A stretch of DNA of 19,034 bases, taken from contig NW_021836430.1 of assembly GCF_006345805.1 (NCBI RefSeq), forward strand, positions 1 to 19,034. The letters are read 5' to 3'. This DNA comes from Octopus sinensis (lineage: Eukaryota). Each line of letters opens with the position of its first letter. Position 1 is the first letter of the stretch. The notes beneath the pieces were generated by a model. That model had not been told where the DNA came from and ran no database searches. It worked only from the letters and a program-made list of their open reading frames with translations. This document shows, in pieces, positions 8,949 to 19,034 of the stretch. The position numbers and the translations under genes were made by a program.

Positions 8949-9237
8949 TATTATATATATATATATAATATATATATATAAATAATATATATATATACAT
9001 AATAGATAATTATATATATATATAAATATATAAATATATATATATATATTATAATATAAATTATATATATATATAAAGGATATATATATAAATATTATCT
9101 ATATATAATATATATATATATATAATATATATATATATAAATAATATATATATAAAAGATATAATATATATATATATATATATATCTATATATAAATATA
9201 TATATATATTATTTATATATATAATCTGATATAGTAT

Positions 9238-9271
<34 letters not shown>

Positions 9272-9310
9272 GCTATATATATAATATATATACACATATA
9301 ATATATATAT
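8820..9310. repeat. Long degenerate (TA)n tract (~490 bp)
   Basis: Directly visible; source of several spurious Y/I-rich ORFs. Confidence 0.95.
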
Positions 9311-9717
9311 AAGAAGAGATATGTGGATTAACTGTTGAGTGGACGGACGTCTATTTGTTTCTCTCGTTTCTCTCCCAAGTCAGTAGCAAGCTACACAGCT
9401 TCAAAACTAACTGACCTTAAATATATATATATTTGTAACCACTGTTGCCTACAAACCCGTAAGTACGTTTTCATTTAACTACAATTGTTATATACAACTG
9501 TTTTTCTTTTAATATCCTCAAACAACCAAATAATCAAAAACTCACACCCTTAGAGAGAAACATTTATATATATATACACTTCTTTAACTCCCAAGAAAGA
9601 ATATATATATTTTCAAAAATCAAAAGGAAAACAAACAAAGAAAAACAAACATGACTAACTGGCAGGCCTGCAACAGACGAAATTGTCTGATAACGAAATT
9701 GATGTTTTAATAAACAC

Positions 9718-10900
9718 ATGGCTCTCTCTTTCCCAAACAGAAAATCTAAATGTCTGTGTTTGAATGAGATTGCCGAAAAAACATCACAAGTGGTCAACAC
9801 ACGATCCGTCAAACAGATTCGTAGCAATTTGAAACATATCGAAGTATCTTTCAAACTGATAAGAGGCCATTATGAAAAGCTTCTACATATTTTCACAGTT
9901 CAAGAACAACAACAGCTAGAAAATCAGCAGCCACAACAACAACAACAACAGATGAGCCACTCCTGGTTCCCAGCACAATGGCTGACCCTGACATCGGTCA
10001 GGCACAACAACAACAACAACAGCCACAGCAACAAGAACAACAACAGCCACTCCTCACCTCTAGCTTACTAGACGATTCACTAAATGCCAGTATCTTTTCA
10101 CCGCTCCACAGCAACCACCACAATTATCATCATCATCATCACCACCGCTGCCACCATCGTCTTCTATCACCAAAATACGACAGAAAACCAAATAAGAAAC
10201 CACTGCCCTCTTCCCCCACATCACCACCCTCAATACTACTGCAGTAACAAAACTTAAAGAAACATAGGAAGCAGAATGCGCCCCCACGGCACAAACAAGA
10301 ATCCCCAAATATGCCGCTATTCACTGCGCCAGAGACTCTGCACAAATAGTGACTGCATCTTCACGCATCTACCCGGCACTAGACGCACTACCCGCCAAGG
10401 CCAAAGCACGCATCCCACAATAACATCAACACCACCAAATAGTAAATCGAAATTCAAAACACACACAACTCGGAGTCCCAAAATCTGCCGGTATTCCAAC
10501 GTGAGAGAACATGTCTACTGAGTGACTGTCCCTTCACTCATCTTCCGGGACCCGACGCACAAACAGAAACGGGCCTCAAGCCAAACACAACCTGAATAAC
10601 AATAAAAATAGAAACACACCATGCTGCAGTAATGCTGGTCCAGTCTTTCAGGAAGACACAAAAACAACAACAACAAAAGTGGAAACTACAACCCTATCCA
10701 ACAGTGCAACCACACCTCCAGCCAAAACTGCTCCCTAAGCAGGAAATTCTTTTTTAGCCATGTTGAACATGGCAAAAGAGATACACAAACATTCTAGCCA
10801 TCACTCAACACCATCCTATGCTATTACCCCAGTGCACCAATTCCCCACATTGCTGCCACTAACACACACAAAAAATCCAAGCCCCCTGCAACAGTCAAAA
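9718..10900 (+). pseudogene. CR1 ORF1 relic with poly-Q/poly-H tracts and two CCCH zinc fingers
   Basis: ORF pieces 9718..10071, 9978..10247 and 10276..10521. Zinc fingers CRYSLRQRLCTNSDCIFTH (10312-10368) and CRYSNVREH(C)LLSDCPFTH (10486-10541, 1-nt deletion). Confidence 0.65.
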
Positions 10901-10924
10901 CCATCCACTACACTAACCTCCACA

Positions 10925-13880
10925 TTCCTACTCAATGCACAAGGTGTCAGCCCTTCCATCAATGCACAAAAATGGAGGTCCAATTCATTGAAGACTGGGT
11001 TGGTAACCATTCACACCACATCCCTTCTTCATTCTCCTGAGACCCCCTTGACAACTCCCACTTGGAAGCCGAAGTGAGAGTGAAGAATTTCACAACCATC
11101 CGCGCGGATCGTATCGGCAGGAGGAAGGGTGGAACTGCCATTTTCCTGCATGATCATTTACTTACGGCAGATGGAAATAGTATATTCTCCAACGGCTACT
11201 GTGAATCGTCACCGTGCACAACAAAGCCAATGACCTGACAGTAATTGGGCTCTATAGGCCGCCCCAAACACCCATACTGTGCTTTTAAAGAATGCCTCAA
11301 CAGCATTAAGTGCTTTATTCAACAGTGCCATTCTAGCAACATACTCATGATGGGAACTTCAATCTACCCTGTGTTGACTGGACTACAAACTGTTTGAAAC
11401 CAAGCACTCCCGCCTCAACCGCTGACAAAAAGCAGCAGAGTCACTTTTCGACTTTACGAATGAGTTTTTTCTTGTCCAACTTGTCCTTGCACCAACAAGA
11501 TATCAGAACATTTTGGACCTAGTGTTTAGTAACCACACTAACACTATACATAACGTTACAGTGGAAAAACCCTTCTTTCAGACCATGACATGGTTCTCTG
11601 TAACATGAAATTCCACCAGCCGAAAGCTAATCCTAGTGACCTTCCTCCAGCCCACCCATTTGACAACATGGATCTCCATAAAGCCAACTGGGATGCAATC
11701 AGGAACGAGCTATCAAATGTTGACTGGTCCTTTACACATACACACATCTCCACCAACCATAAAACATCTTGGCAGATCTTTGTAGACACCGTCACAGACA
11801 TATGTGCAAAACACTCCCCACCAAGACCTTTGAACAAAAAGTGCAGAATCCCCCAAAACAGAAAAACCATTATCAGAAAAATAAAAAGAACAAACAAAAA
11901 AATTAACAAACTAAAGTACTGCCAACAGCAAACACACACATTCGATTCGACGGCTATCGCACTGCTTGAATCCAAAAATATAACCTCCAACAATGCATGA
12001 AGACCCTCATCAATAACCAAAGATCAGCTGAGGAGAAGTGGGCCATTGAAAAAATCAAACTCAACCCAAAGTGTTCTTTTCATTGCGAGGAAACGCAGGG
12101 TCACTGTCTCCACTGTAGGCCCTCTAATTGACGAAACTGGCACTCTCCACATAATGTCCAAATCCATGGCCGAGATACTGCAGAAACAATACTGCTCTGT
12201 TTTCAGCAATCCTGATTGGCCGATCTGGGCTGTATCAGTGATGTCAACCCCCAACACACTATATCGGACATAACGTTTAGTGCCCCTGATGTCTTAGCGG
12301 CGATAAACGAAATAAAACACAATTCAGCAGTAGGCCCGATAGGTTCCCTGCTTGTGTCCTGAAGGTGTGTCGACACAAACTTGCATCTCCCCTTGCTAAT
12401 CTGTGGAGAAACTCACTGGATGCTGGCTATATTCCAAAAACCTTCTGTCCCAGTCTGTTGTCCCAGTTTTCAAAAAGGGAAACAAGTCCCTTGCAGTGAA
12501 TTACCGTCCGATCTCACTCACCTCTCATATCATCAAGGTATTTGAGAGGGTGTGAGATCTCGAATAACCCAATTTCTGAAAGCAACAGACGGCTGATCTC
12601 CAACCAACATGGGTTCCGTAATGGAAGGGACTGCCTAACGCAGCTCCTGCATCACTTTGAGGACATTTTGAGAGCTTGGGAGAGGGCTCCAACACCGATG
12701 TCATCTACCTTGATTTCAGTAAGGCCTTCGACAGGGTCGATCACAAGATCCTATTGAAAAAACTATCCAACATTGGTGTCTCTGGAAAGTTACTGAAATG
12801 GATCAAGTGTTTCCTGACAGACAGATCTCAACATGTTGTAGTTGAAGGGTAAAATCAAGCCCAGCCAAAGTCAGTAGTGGCGTTCCGCAAGGCACTGTGC
12901 TGGGCCCACTTCTTTTCATCATTTACATTAATGACATTAATGACATCATCAGCACAGCAACATAAAATCTTTGCAGATGACTCCAAGCTACAGAAGGTCA
13001 TAAATGAGGCGAGTGACCGGACATGCCTTCAGTCAGATCTACTGGCTGTTATCCATGGGCAGAAAAAAACAATATGCTGCTGAACGAGGATAATTTGAGC
13101 TAATCCACTTTGGAAAAGAGGATGCCCTGAAACTCCCATACTCCCTTCCTTCAGGTGAAACTCTCGCGGCGTCCAACACATCAGAGACTTGGGAGTATTT
13201 GGACAACAACATAAGCTGGGCCACTCATATAACACCAAAGTTGACATGGCCCGCAGAATGTGTTCCTGGATTCTCAGAACTTTCCAGTCGAGAGATATCC
13301 CACCATTATCCTTCTCTTCTCCACTTTTGCCCGACCCACCTTGAATACTGTTGTCCACTGTGGTCTCCCCCACACAATACAAGGTATCATAAAAGTTGAA
13401 GCACCTCAAAGGGCAATCGCAAAAAAGATAGATGGCATGACAGGCCTCGACTATTGCGGTCGATTAGAAAAGCTAAAACTCTATTCTCTCCAACGTCGTC
13501 GTGAGCGCTACATCATCTGCATAATGTGGAAAATATTCCATCAGCATTGCCCAAATGATGTTGGCATCACCTTTAAGGTACATCCAAGGCTTGGGCCCCG
13601 TGCCATCCGCCCAAAACAAAAATCGCACTCTCATCTCATAACAACAATACGGCACAATTATTTCACCTCAATTGGCCCCGCTCTCTTTAACATTACACCA
13701 AAACACATTAAAACAGAAACTGACCCTGTAGGGTTCAAGAAGTCTTTGGACAGATTCCTTCAAGAAATCCCGGATAAACCCCCTACACCCGGATATGTCT
13801 CTGTAAACAATAACTCTCTACTTGAGTGGGCCATAGTGCCCAAATCTGACTTGAAAGACTTCACCAGGTGGTGCTATTAA
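10925..13880 (+). pseudogene. CR1 ORF2 relic (AP endonuclease + reverse transcriptase)
   Basis: APE motifs: FLLNAQG, RADRIGRRKGGTAIF, LYRPP, FNLPCVDW, PTRYQNILDLVFSN, SDHDMV. RT motifs: [79 protein letters not shown]. Multiple frameshifts. Confidence 0.93.
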
Positions 13881-13941
13881 GTTAGACATGGCCTGGGCCA
13901 ATAATGGCCGAAACCTATCAAAGTATCAAAGTATCAAAGTA

Positions 13942-13985
<44 letters not shown>

Positions 13986-14030
13986 ATTAATATATATATA
14001 TATTATATATATATTAATATATGTATGTTA
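13942..14030. repeat. (TA)n microsatellite
   Basis: Directly visible; lies between the CR1 tail and the palindrome. Confidence 0.9.
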
Positions 14031-14604
14031 TATAATTAGAAAAAAACCTCTATTAAATATAAGTTGTTATTCACACCATATAGAAAACATATAATATAAA
14101 ACCTCCTTAAAATTCAAATAAAATACAAATTTAATAAATAGTAAATAGTAGTACTACTGTTGTGTCTGGGGAGAATCATTTTCCTTTGTGCCTTATAATT
14201 TAACACACTCACCGGTAAAATTTCCCTTTATTTCTTATTTTTATTTTCCTAAAATTTTCGTTGTGTCTTGCAACCTTTTCAGCAGTCTATTGAAAAGGTT
14301 GCAAGACGCAACGAAAATTTTAGGAAAATGAAAATAAGAAATGTGGAAATTTTACCGGTGAGTGTGTTAAATTTTAAGGCACAAAAAGAAAATGACACTC
14401 CCCAGACACAACAGAATATGCTTCAACACACGAACTCATATAAAGAATCTTGCAAACCAAATCCCAAAACGAAAGTAGTACTACTATTAACTATTTATTG
14501 GTTTTGTACTTTATTGATTTTTTATCGTATATGTTTTCTATATGGTGTGAATAACATCTTTCGTTATTGAATTGTTTAATAGAGGTTTTTCTCAAAATTA
14601 TATA
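14030..14604. repeat. Long imperfect palindrome (foldback/MITE-like)
   Basis: Inner arms 14157-14281 and 14291-14414 are reverse complements around the 9-nt loop GCAGTCTAT. Outer arms 14030-14156 and about 14483-14604 also pair, with a block of roughly 65 bp present only in the right arm. Confidence 0.9.
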
Positions 14605-14756
14605 CATATATTATATATTGTGAAATTTGATTTAAAATTGCTAAATTGCATTTTTCCCTGTAAGTTTGGATTTATATTCCCTACTATTATATATATATAT
14701 ATATCTTATATATGTACATATATTAAATGAAACTGGCATGGTACATTTACATACAG

Positions 14757-14836
14757 AACTGAGTTTCTCGTCAGCGATTTATTCGATACTCGCCATCGTT
14801 CGTCAGTTGTTGCAAACATGTTTCACACTGAAGCAA
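14757..14836 (+). CDS. Candidate coding exon A of an unidentified host gene
   Basis: tttacatacAG|80 nt|GTAAGA. Open in the phase 2/phase 1 frame: TEFLVSDLFDTRHRSSVVANMFHTEA. Richer in GC and CpG than its flanks. Confidence 0.4.
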
Positions 14837-14963
14837 GTAAGAATGTATGAGCTGCTGGCCGTCACTGAATCATTTGAGTAGAACAACACTTGTAGACTTG
14901 ATAACATGTCTTTGCTACAAAACACTTGGTGTATGGCTGAGATGAAAATAAAATACGGATAAA

Positions 14964-15094
14964 TTACAGGGGCGTAAACAGTTGTCAAGCGGCAGTCGGG
15001 GACAAACACAGACACAAAGACACACACACATACATAGAGGCACACATACACAGACAGATACACACTCACACACACACAAACGCACACACAAACG

Positions 15095-15146
<52 letters not shown>

Positions 15147-15217
15147 TATGCAACGGGCTTCTTTCAGTTTCGTTCTACCCAATACTCTTACAAGGCTTTG
15201 GTCGACCGGGAGGTATA
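14964..15217 (-). mobile_element. SINE family B, partial copy lacking the tRNA head
   Basis: gggcttctttcagtttcgttctacccaatactcttacaaggctttggtcg, a (CA)n block and gttgtcaagcg, all matching 631-1032. Confidence 0.75.
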
Positions 15218-15289
15218 TCACGAGACAGTGGTACTTAACCAGGTTAAAAAGTAAACTTCTTATCACACAAGCGTGCAAATTAAATGAAA

Positions 15290-15530
15290 TGATTATAATT
15301 AAAAAATAAAAACAATGAAAATTAAAATTAAACTTAAAATTTTAAAATTGAAAGAAAAATTTAAATTAGAATATTAAAAATAGAATAAAAAATTGAATTA
15401 AAAGCAACAAATTAAAATCAAGACATTAAAATATGAAAAATTAAAAAGTTAAAAGTTAAAAGGTAAAGTTTAAAAACTGGAAATTAAAAATGAAAAGTTT
15501 AAGAATTTAAAATTAGGAAATTAAAAAAGT
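15290..15530. repeat. A-rich low-complexity tract (AAAATT/AAAGTT-like units)
   Basis: Directly visible. Confidence 0.8.
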
Positions 15531-15589
15531 GACAATCTTTTATCGATAGTAAGCGTGAAAAAAAGATTAAAGTTAAAGGGAAAATAAAC

Positions 15590-15750
15590 TTTTCTACTAT
15601 AGGTACAAAGCCTGAAATTTTGAGGGAAAGGGTAAGTCGATTACATCATTCCCAGTACTCAACTGGTACTTAATTTATCGATCCCGAAAGGATGAAATGC
15701 AAAGTCGTCCTCGGCAGAATTTGAACTCAGAACTTAGCAGCAGGCGAAAT
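15590..15750 (-). mobile_element. SINE family A, older 5'-truncated variant with a different 3' tail
   Basis: Shares GAGTTCAAATTC-GCCGAGG-CGACTTTGC-TTTCATCCTTTCGGG-TCGATAAATTAAGTACCAGTT with 15747-15986, then diverges to a CAGGCTTTGTACCTATAGTAGAAA tail. Confidence 0.75.
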
Positions 15751-15986
15751 ACCTATTTCTTTACTACCCACAAGGGGCTAAACGCAGAAGGAACAAACAA
15801 GGACAGACAAACGGATTAAGTCGATTACATCGACCCCAGTGCGTAACTGGTACTTAATTTATCGACCCCGAAAGGATGCAAGACAAAGTCGACCTCGGCA
15901 GAATTTGAACTCAGAGCGTAACGGCAGACGAAATACGGCTACGCTTTTCGCCCGGCGTGCTAACGTTCCTGCCTGCTCGCCGCCTT
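15747..15986 (-). mobile_element. tRNA-derived SINE, family A, full-length
   Basis: High similarity to the reverse complement of 18785-19023, with head GGCGGCGAGC-GGCAG and B-box-like GAGTTCAAATTC. Confidence 0.9.
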
Positions 15987-16102
15987 AATAAAGTAAAAAT
16001 AATCTAAAAATAAAAATAAAACTAGTAAATGCAAATGAAAAAGAAAGCCAAAGGTAAGAAATATTAGAAAACTGAAAACGTGAAAAAAAAAAAATAAAGA
16101 TA

Positions 16103-16300
16103 GGTGTAGGAGTGGCTGCGTGGTAAGTAGCTTGCTTACGAACCACATGGTTTCGGGTTCAGTCCCACCGCGTGGCACCTTGGGCAAGTGTCTTCTACTA
16201 TGGCTTCGTGCCGACCAAAGCCTTGTGAGTGGATTTGGTAGACGGAAACTGAAAGAAGCCCGTCGTATACGTGTGAGTGTATATGTGTGTGTATGTGTGC
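16103..16300 (+). mobile_element. SINE family B, 5' half, ending in its internal microsatellite
   Basis: GGTGTAGGAGTGGCTGCGTGGTAAG...GGGTTCAGTCCC (16155-16166)...CCTTGGGCAAGTGTCTTC...GACGGAAACTGAAAGAAGCCCGTCG. Confidence 0.88.
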
Positions 16301-16838
16301 GTTAGTTATTGCCAGGTAAAGAAACAGCCATTTTTCATAGATCTGTCCTCTTCGAACCCTCCCCTTTTTCCTTCCCCTCTTTTATTTCGTAGTGTCCCCT
16401 CCTAAAGCGTACTAGATTTTGTAACGTTAGTAGAGAAGGAGTCATATTTTGAGTGTCTAGTGTAAACAACATCCCGGACATTGTTGTTTCAAACAAACAA
16501 GCAAAAGTATGTACTATCATAAAAGTCAGCTGCCCTGTTGACGTGAATGTGTCTTTGTAAATTAAAGGGGAAAACGATAACTATGGACAACTGCTTGAAA
16601 CATCTAACTTCTATATCCGGATCATAAATTCACATATATAGCACGAATAATTGGTGCACTTGATTTTGTAAGTAAATTACTATGTGACAATCTGGATAAG
16701 CTACGTTTTTCAGAAACTAACTTGTACATTAGAAACACAATCTGTAATGGGGAATAGAAAAAATCTAATGTGAGTTAATGAGAAACTTACAGCTCTTATA
16801 CTCAGTCTACAGATTTTAATTTGTACCTGTTATCGTAG

Positions 16839-16870
16839 GTGAAGTGGACTATGGAGCAACAAATATGCAT
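16839..16870 (+). CDS. Candidate 32-nt coding micro-exon B
   Basis: gttatcgtAG|GTGAAGTGGACTATGGAGCAACAAATATGCAT|GTAAGT, with a consensus donor. Its phase 1 start fits the end of exon A; peptide (S)EVDYGATNMH. Confidence 0.45.
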
Positions 16871-17245
16871 GTAAGTTTTTCAAGAAAGAACACAGACAAC
16901 CAATTCGCCTTAAGCAAATACAATCGATCAGTGATTCACTGGATATGTATAGACAAATCCTGGGATTCTTCATTTGCGGTTCCAGGATTACACATATTTA
17001 CACATGGTAATAAGGCATATACACTCATTTATGCACACATATACATCAAGCGCGTACGCACATGTGTACTTCAGTCACACGTGCATCCATTATATTAGTA
17101 CATATCTCCACAGACTGATTAGTTAGTATGTAGCCACAAATCTCGGGAGTTGTTATGACTTAAACAAAAGACTCATATCATTTTCTTAGTGACTGATTTG
17201 GATTTTGCAAATAAAAAAAACATGAATATATCCCATAAAACTAAC

Positions 17246-17336
<91 letters not shown>

Positions 17337-17360
17337 AATCCATCTATCCATCGATCCATC

Positions 17361-17403
<43 letters not shown>

Positions 17404-17473
17404 CATCTATCCATCCATCTATCCATCTATCCATCTATCCATCTATCTATCTAACTATCTATCTGTCTGTCTG
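17246..17473. repeat. (ATCT)n/(ATCC)n tetranucleotide array
   Basis: Directly visible; explains the YLSI-repeat ORF. Confidence 0.95.
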
Positions 17474-17894
17474 TGATGGTGCTTTGTATGTATTTATGTA
17501 TGCATGTTTGTATGTGTGCCTTTATATAGCCCACTCTCTTCCTGATATTATCATTTCAATGATTTGTCCTTTTCCTTTCTGTTTATTTGAAATGTTTCTG
17601 GTATTTCTCTTTCAGTCACGATTTATTTCCTGCCTGTAATGTTTTCACTGTCTTTATCCCTCTTTCTTTAATTTCCTTCATCATCTTGAGTTTCTCCCTT
17701 TTTTTCAAATCTTCATTACCAGTCCTTTGCACTTTCTGTGGTTCTCCATCTACTTTCTTGATTTAAAGATTTTCTATTCTTGGCCTGATCGCCTCAAAGT
17801 TTCGCCTTCTCTCTATTTTATACTAACACTCACGTGTTTTTCCTCCCACTTTCGTTCAATCATTCATGTTATAATTCTCCTTTGTTTTCTAAGA

Positions 17895-18004
17895 CACAGA
17901 CACACACACACACTGACACACACACACGCAACATACAACACACACACACGCAACATACAACACACACACACGCAACATACAACACACACACACGCACACA
18001 CACA
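17895..18004. repeat. (CA)n with three GCAACATACAAC-containing minisatellite units
   Basis: Unit GCAACATACAA(CA)n repeated three times with 20-22 bp spacing. Confidence 0.9.
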
Positions 18005-18321
18005 CGTCTTAACAAATTTGTATGTTTATGCCAAAAGTTAGTAATTCATAATATTAAGAAATACGAGAAATCTATAGTGTTATTTATGCAACAAACCTGG
18101 TTTAATGAAGCTGAAAAAAATCAATTAGACATTTCATCTTTTATAAGTAAATTACTTGCTGCGTGTGAAAAATATATTTAACAATTACAACAAATCGCTA
18201 TTGAATTATTATTATGGAAAAAAACATGATGTTTTCTATTATTCTTAGTCTTTTCCTGGACAGGAAGTAGACGGGCATTGAACTTTAGTTGAAATTCAAT
18301 ACTCACTAATTATATCTTCAG

Positions 18322-18363
18322 CGTTTGGTTTGTGCCTGGGAAGAGGAAATTGTTTATGTGTGA
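18322..18363 (+). CDS. Candidate terminal coding exon C
   Basis: Branch-point-like CACTAAT followed by tatatcttcAG. In phase 0, matching exon B, it reads RLVCAWEEEIVYV*. An alternative frame is open to a GTACGA donor at 18411. Confidence 0.3.
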   Translation, partial: RLVCAWEEEIVYV

Positions 18364-18784
18364 AGACCACATTGAAATTTACCGTCGCCCATTCAGGCCG
18401 CAGTCAATAAGTACGACAATTTACACAACAATTTCATGCCTTTTGCCAATATTATTTAATTAATAGTTGTGAACAACTAATATACAAGTCATATAAGATC
18501 AATAATTTATTCACTTATATTCTTTTAACAATTTAATTACTTCTTTGAGGTTGCTTCAGGTCAGAAGTATTGAGAAATCAGAATCAAACATGGACGTTTC
18601 TTGTTTTAATTGGTCTTCCACATGCTTCTCTGTTATATGTGCCCTTAACGTTGTTATATGTGTTCTTAATGTATTCTTGATTTGTGTCAAATATGGGACG
18701 GTGGATTCACATCATTATGTTACAGGAAAGCACAAAACCAGTGAGAAACAATGTCCGCCAAGGCGAGGGTATTCTACGCATCCA

Positions 18785-19023
18785 AAGGCGGCGAGCTGGC
18801 AGAATCGTTAGCACGCCGGGCGAAATGCGTGGCCGTATTTCGTCTGCCGTTACATTCTGAGTTCAAATTCCGCCGAGGTCGACTTTGCCTTTCATCCTTT
18901 CGGGGTCGATTAAATAAGTACCAGTTACGCACTGGGGTCGATGTAATCGACTTAATACCTATGTCTGTCCTTGTTTGTCCCCTCTGTGTTTAGCCCCTTG
19001 TGGGTAGTAAAGAAATGGGTATT
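18785..19023 (+). mobile_element. tRNA-derived SINE, family A, full-length with 16-bp flanking direct repeat
   Basis: Same family as 15747-15986; GGGTATTCTACGCATC occurs at 18767-18782 and 19017-19032. Confidence 0.92.
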
Positions 19024-19034
19024 CTACGCATCTT

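Larger units (their letters stand above)
9330..13941 (+). mobile_element. Near full-length CR1-clade LINE, frameshifted and inactive
   Basis: Candidate 5' end with a GGACGT motif at about 9345, an ORF1-like region, and ORF2 with APE and RT motifs. ORF2 stops at 13878-13880 and is followed by a very short 3' UTR with hairpin GGCCA-ATAA-TGGCC (13896-13909) and tail (TATCAAAG)3 (13916-13939). The 5' boundary is approximate and no TSD is visible. Confidence 0.9.

Noticed and set aside
13888-13915. GGCC-AATAAT-GGCC-GAAAC resembles hammerhead stem II plus GAAA
   Set aside because: There is no CUGANGA core upstream; it is better explained as the CR1 3' UTR stem-loop.
16461-16506. AG...GTATGT-bounded segment (VNNIPDIVVSNKQAK) as an extra exon
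   Set aside because: Weak polypyrimidine tract; in the phase required by exon A it gives an immediate stop.
1500-18181. Many ORF-track entries rich in YI, CV, HT, YLSI or poly-N/L/M
   Set aside because: They are translations of microsatellites or antisense frames of the LINE and SINEs, not genes.
18545-18811. ORF with a hydrophobic stretch suggesting a transmembrane helix
   Set aside because: The hydrophobic part comes from a 21-bp tandem duplication (TGTTATATGTG..CTTAA.GT), the ORF starts at TTG and it runs into a SINE.

Overview
AT-rich, microsatellite-laden animal genomic DNA, about half of it transposable-element debris. The repeat types suggest an octopus/cephalopod genome, which is an inference. 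No bacterial-type genes, rRNA or CRISPR arrays are present, and most ORF-track entries are microsatellite or antisense artefacts. Supported content: (1) a near full-length, frameshifted CR1-clade LINE (~9330-13941, +) with AP endonuclease, reverse transcriptase and an ORF1 carrying two tandem CCCH zinc fingers; (2) a Penelope-like element (PLE) relic with a GIY-YIG endonuclease (~4850-5907, -) plus an inverted ~200-bp copy at 3713-3913; (3) a nested composite at 2532-3577: a tRNA-like head, (TAA)n and a tail with a minimal hammerhead ribozyme motif, an inverted copy of that tail abutting the head, and an internally deleted R4/Dong-type element inside the (TAA)n tract; (4) two tRNA-derived SINE families (4 + 3 copies); (5) Helitron/Helentron-like and foldback-like non-autonomous elements and a ~570-bp palindrome; (6) three short, phase-compatible candidate exons of an unidentified host gene (14757-14836, 16839-16870, 18322 onward) that the ORF track does not show as a gene. 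The most interesting candidate is the tRNA-headed, hammerhead-tailed SINE with PLE-type inverted architecture. All calls are from manual reading, and boundaries are approximate.
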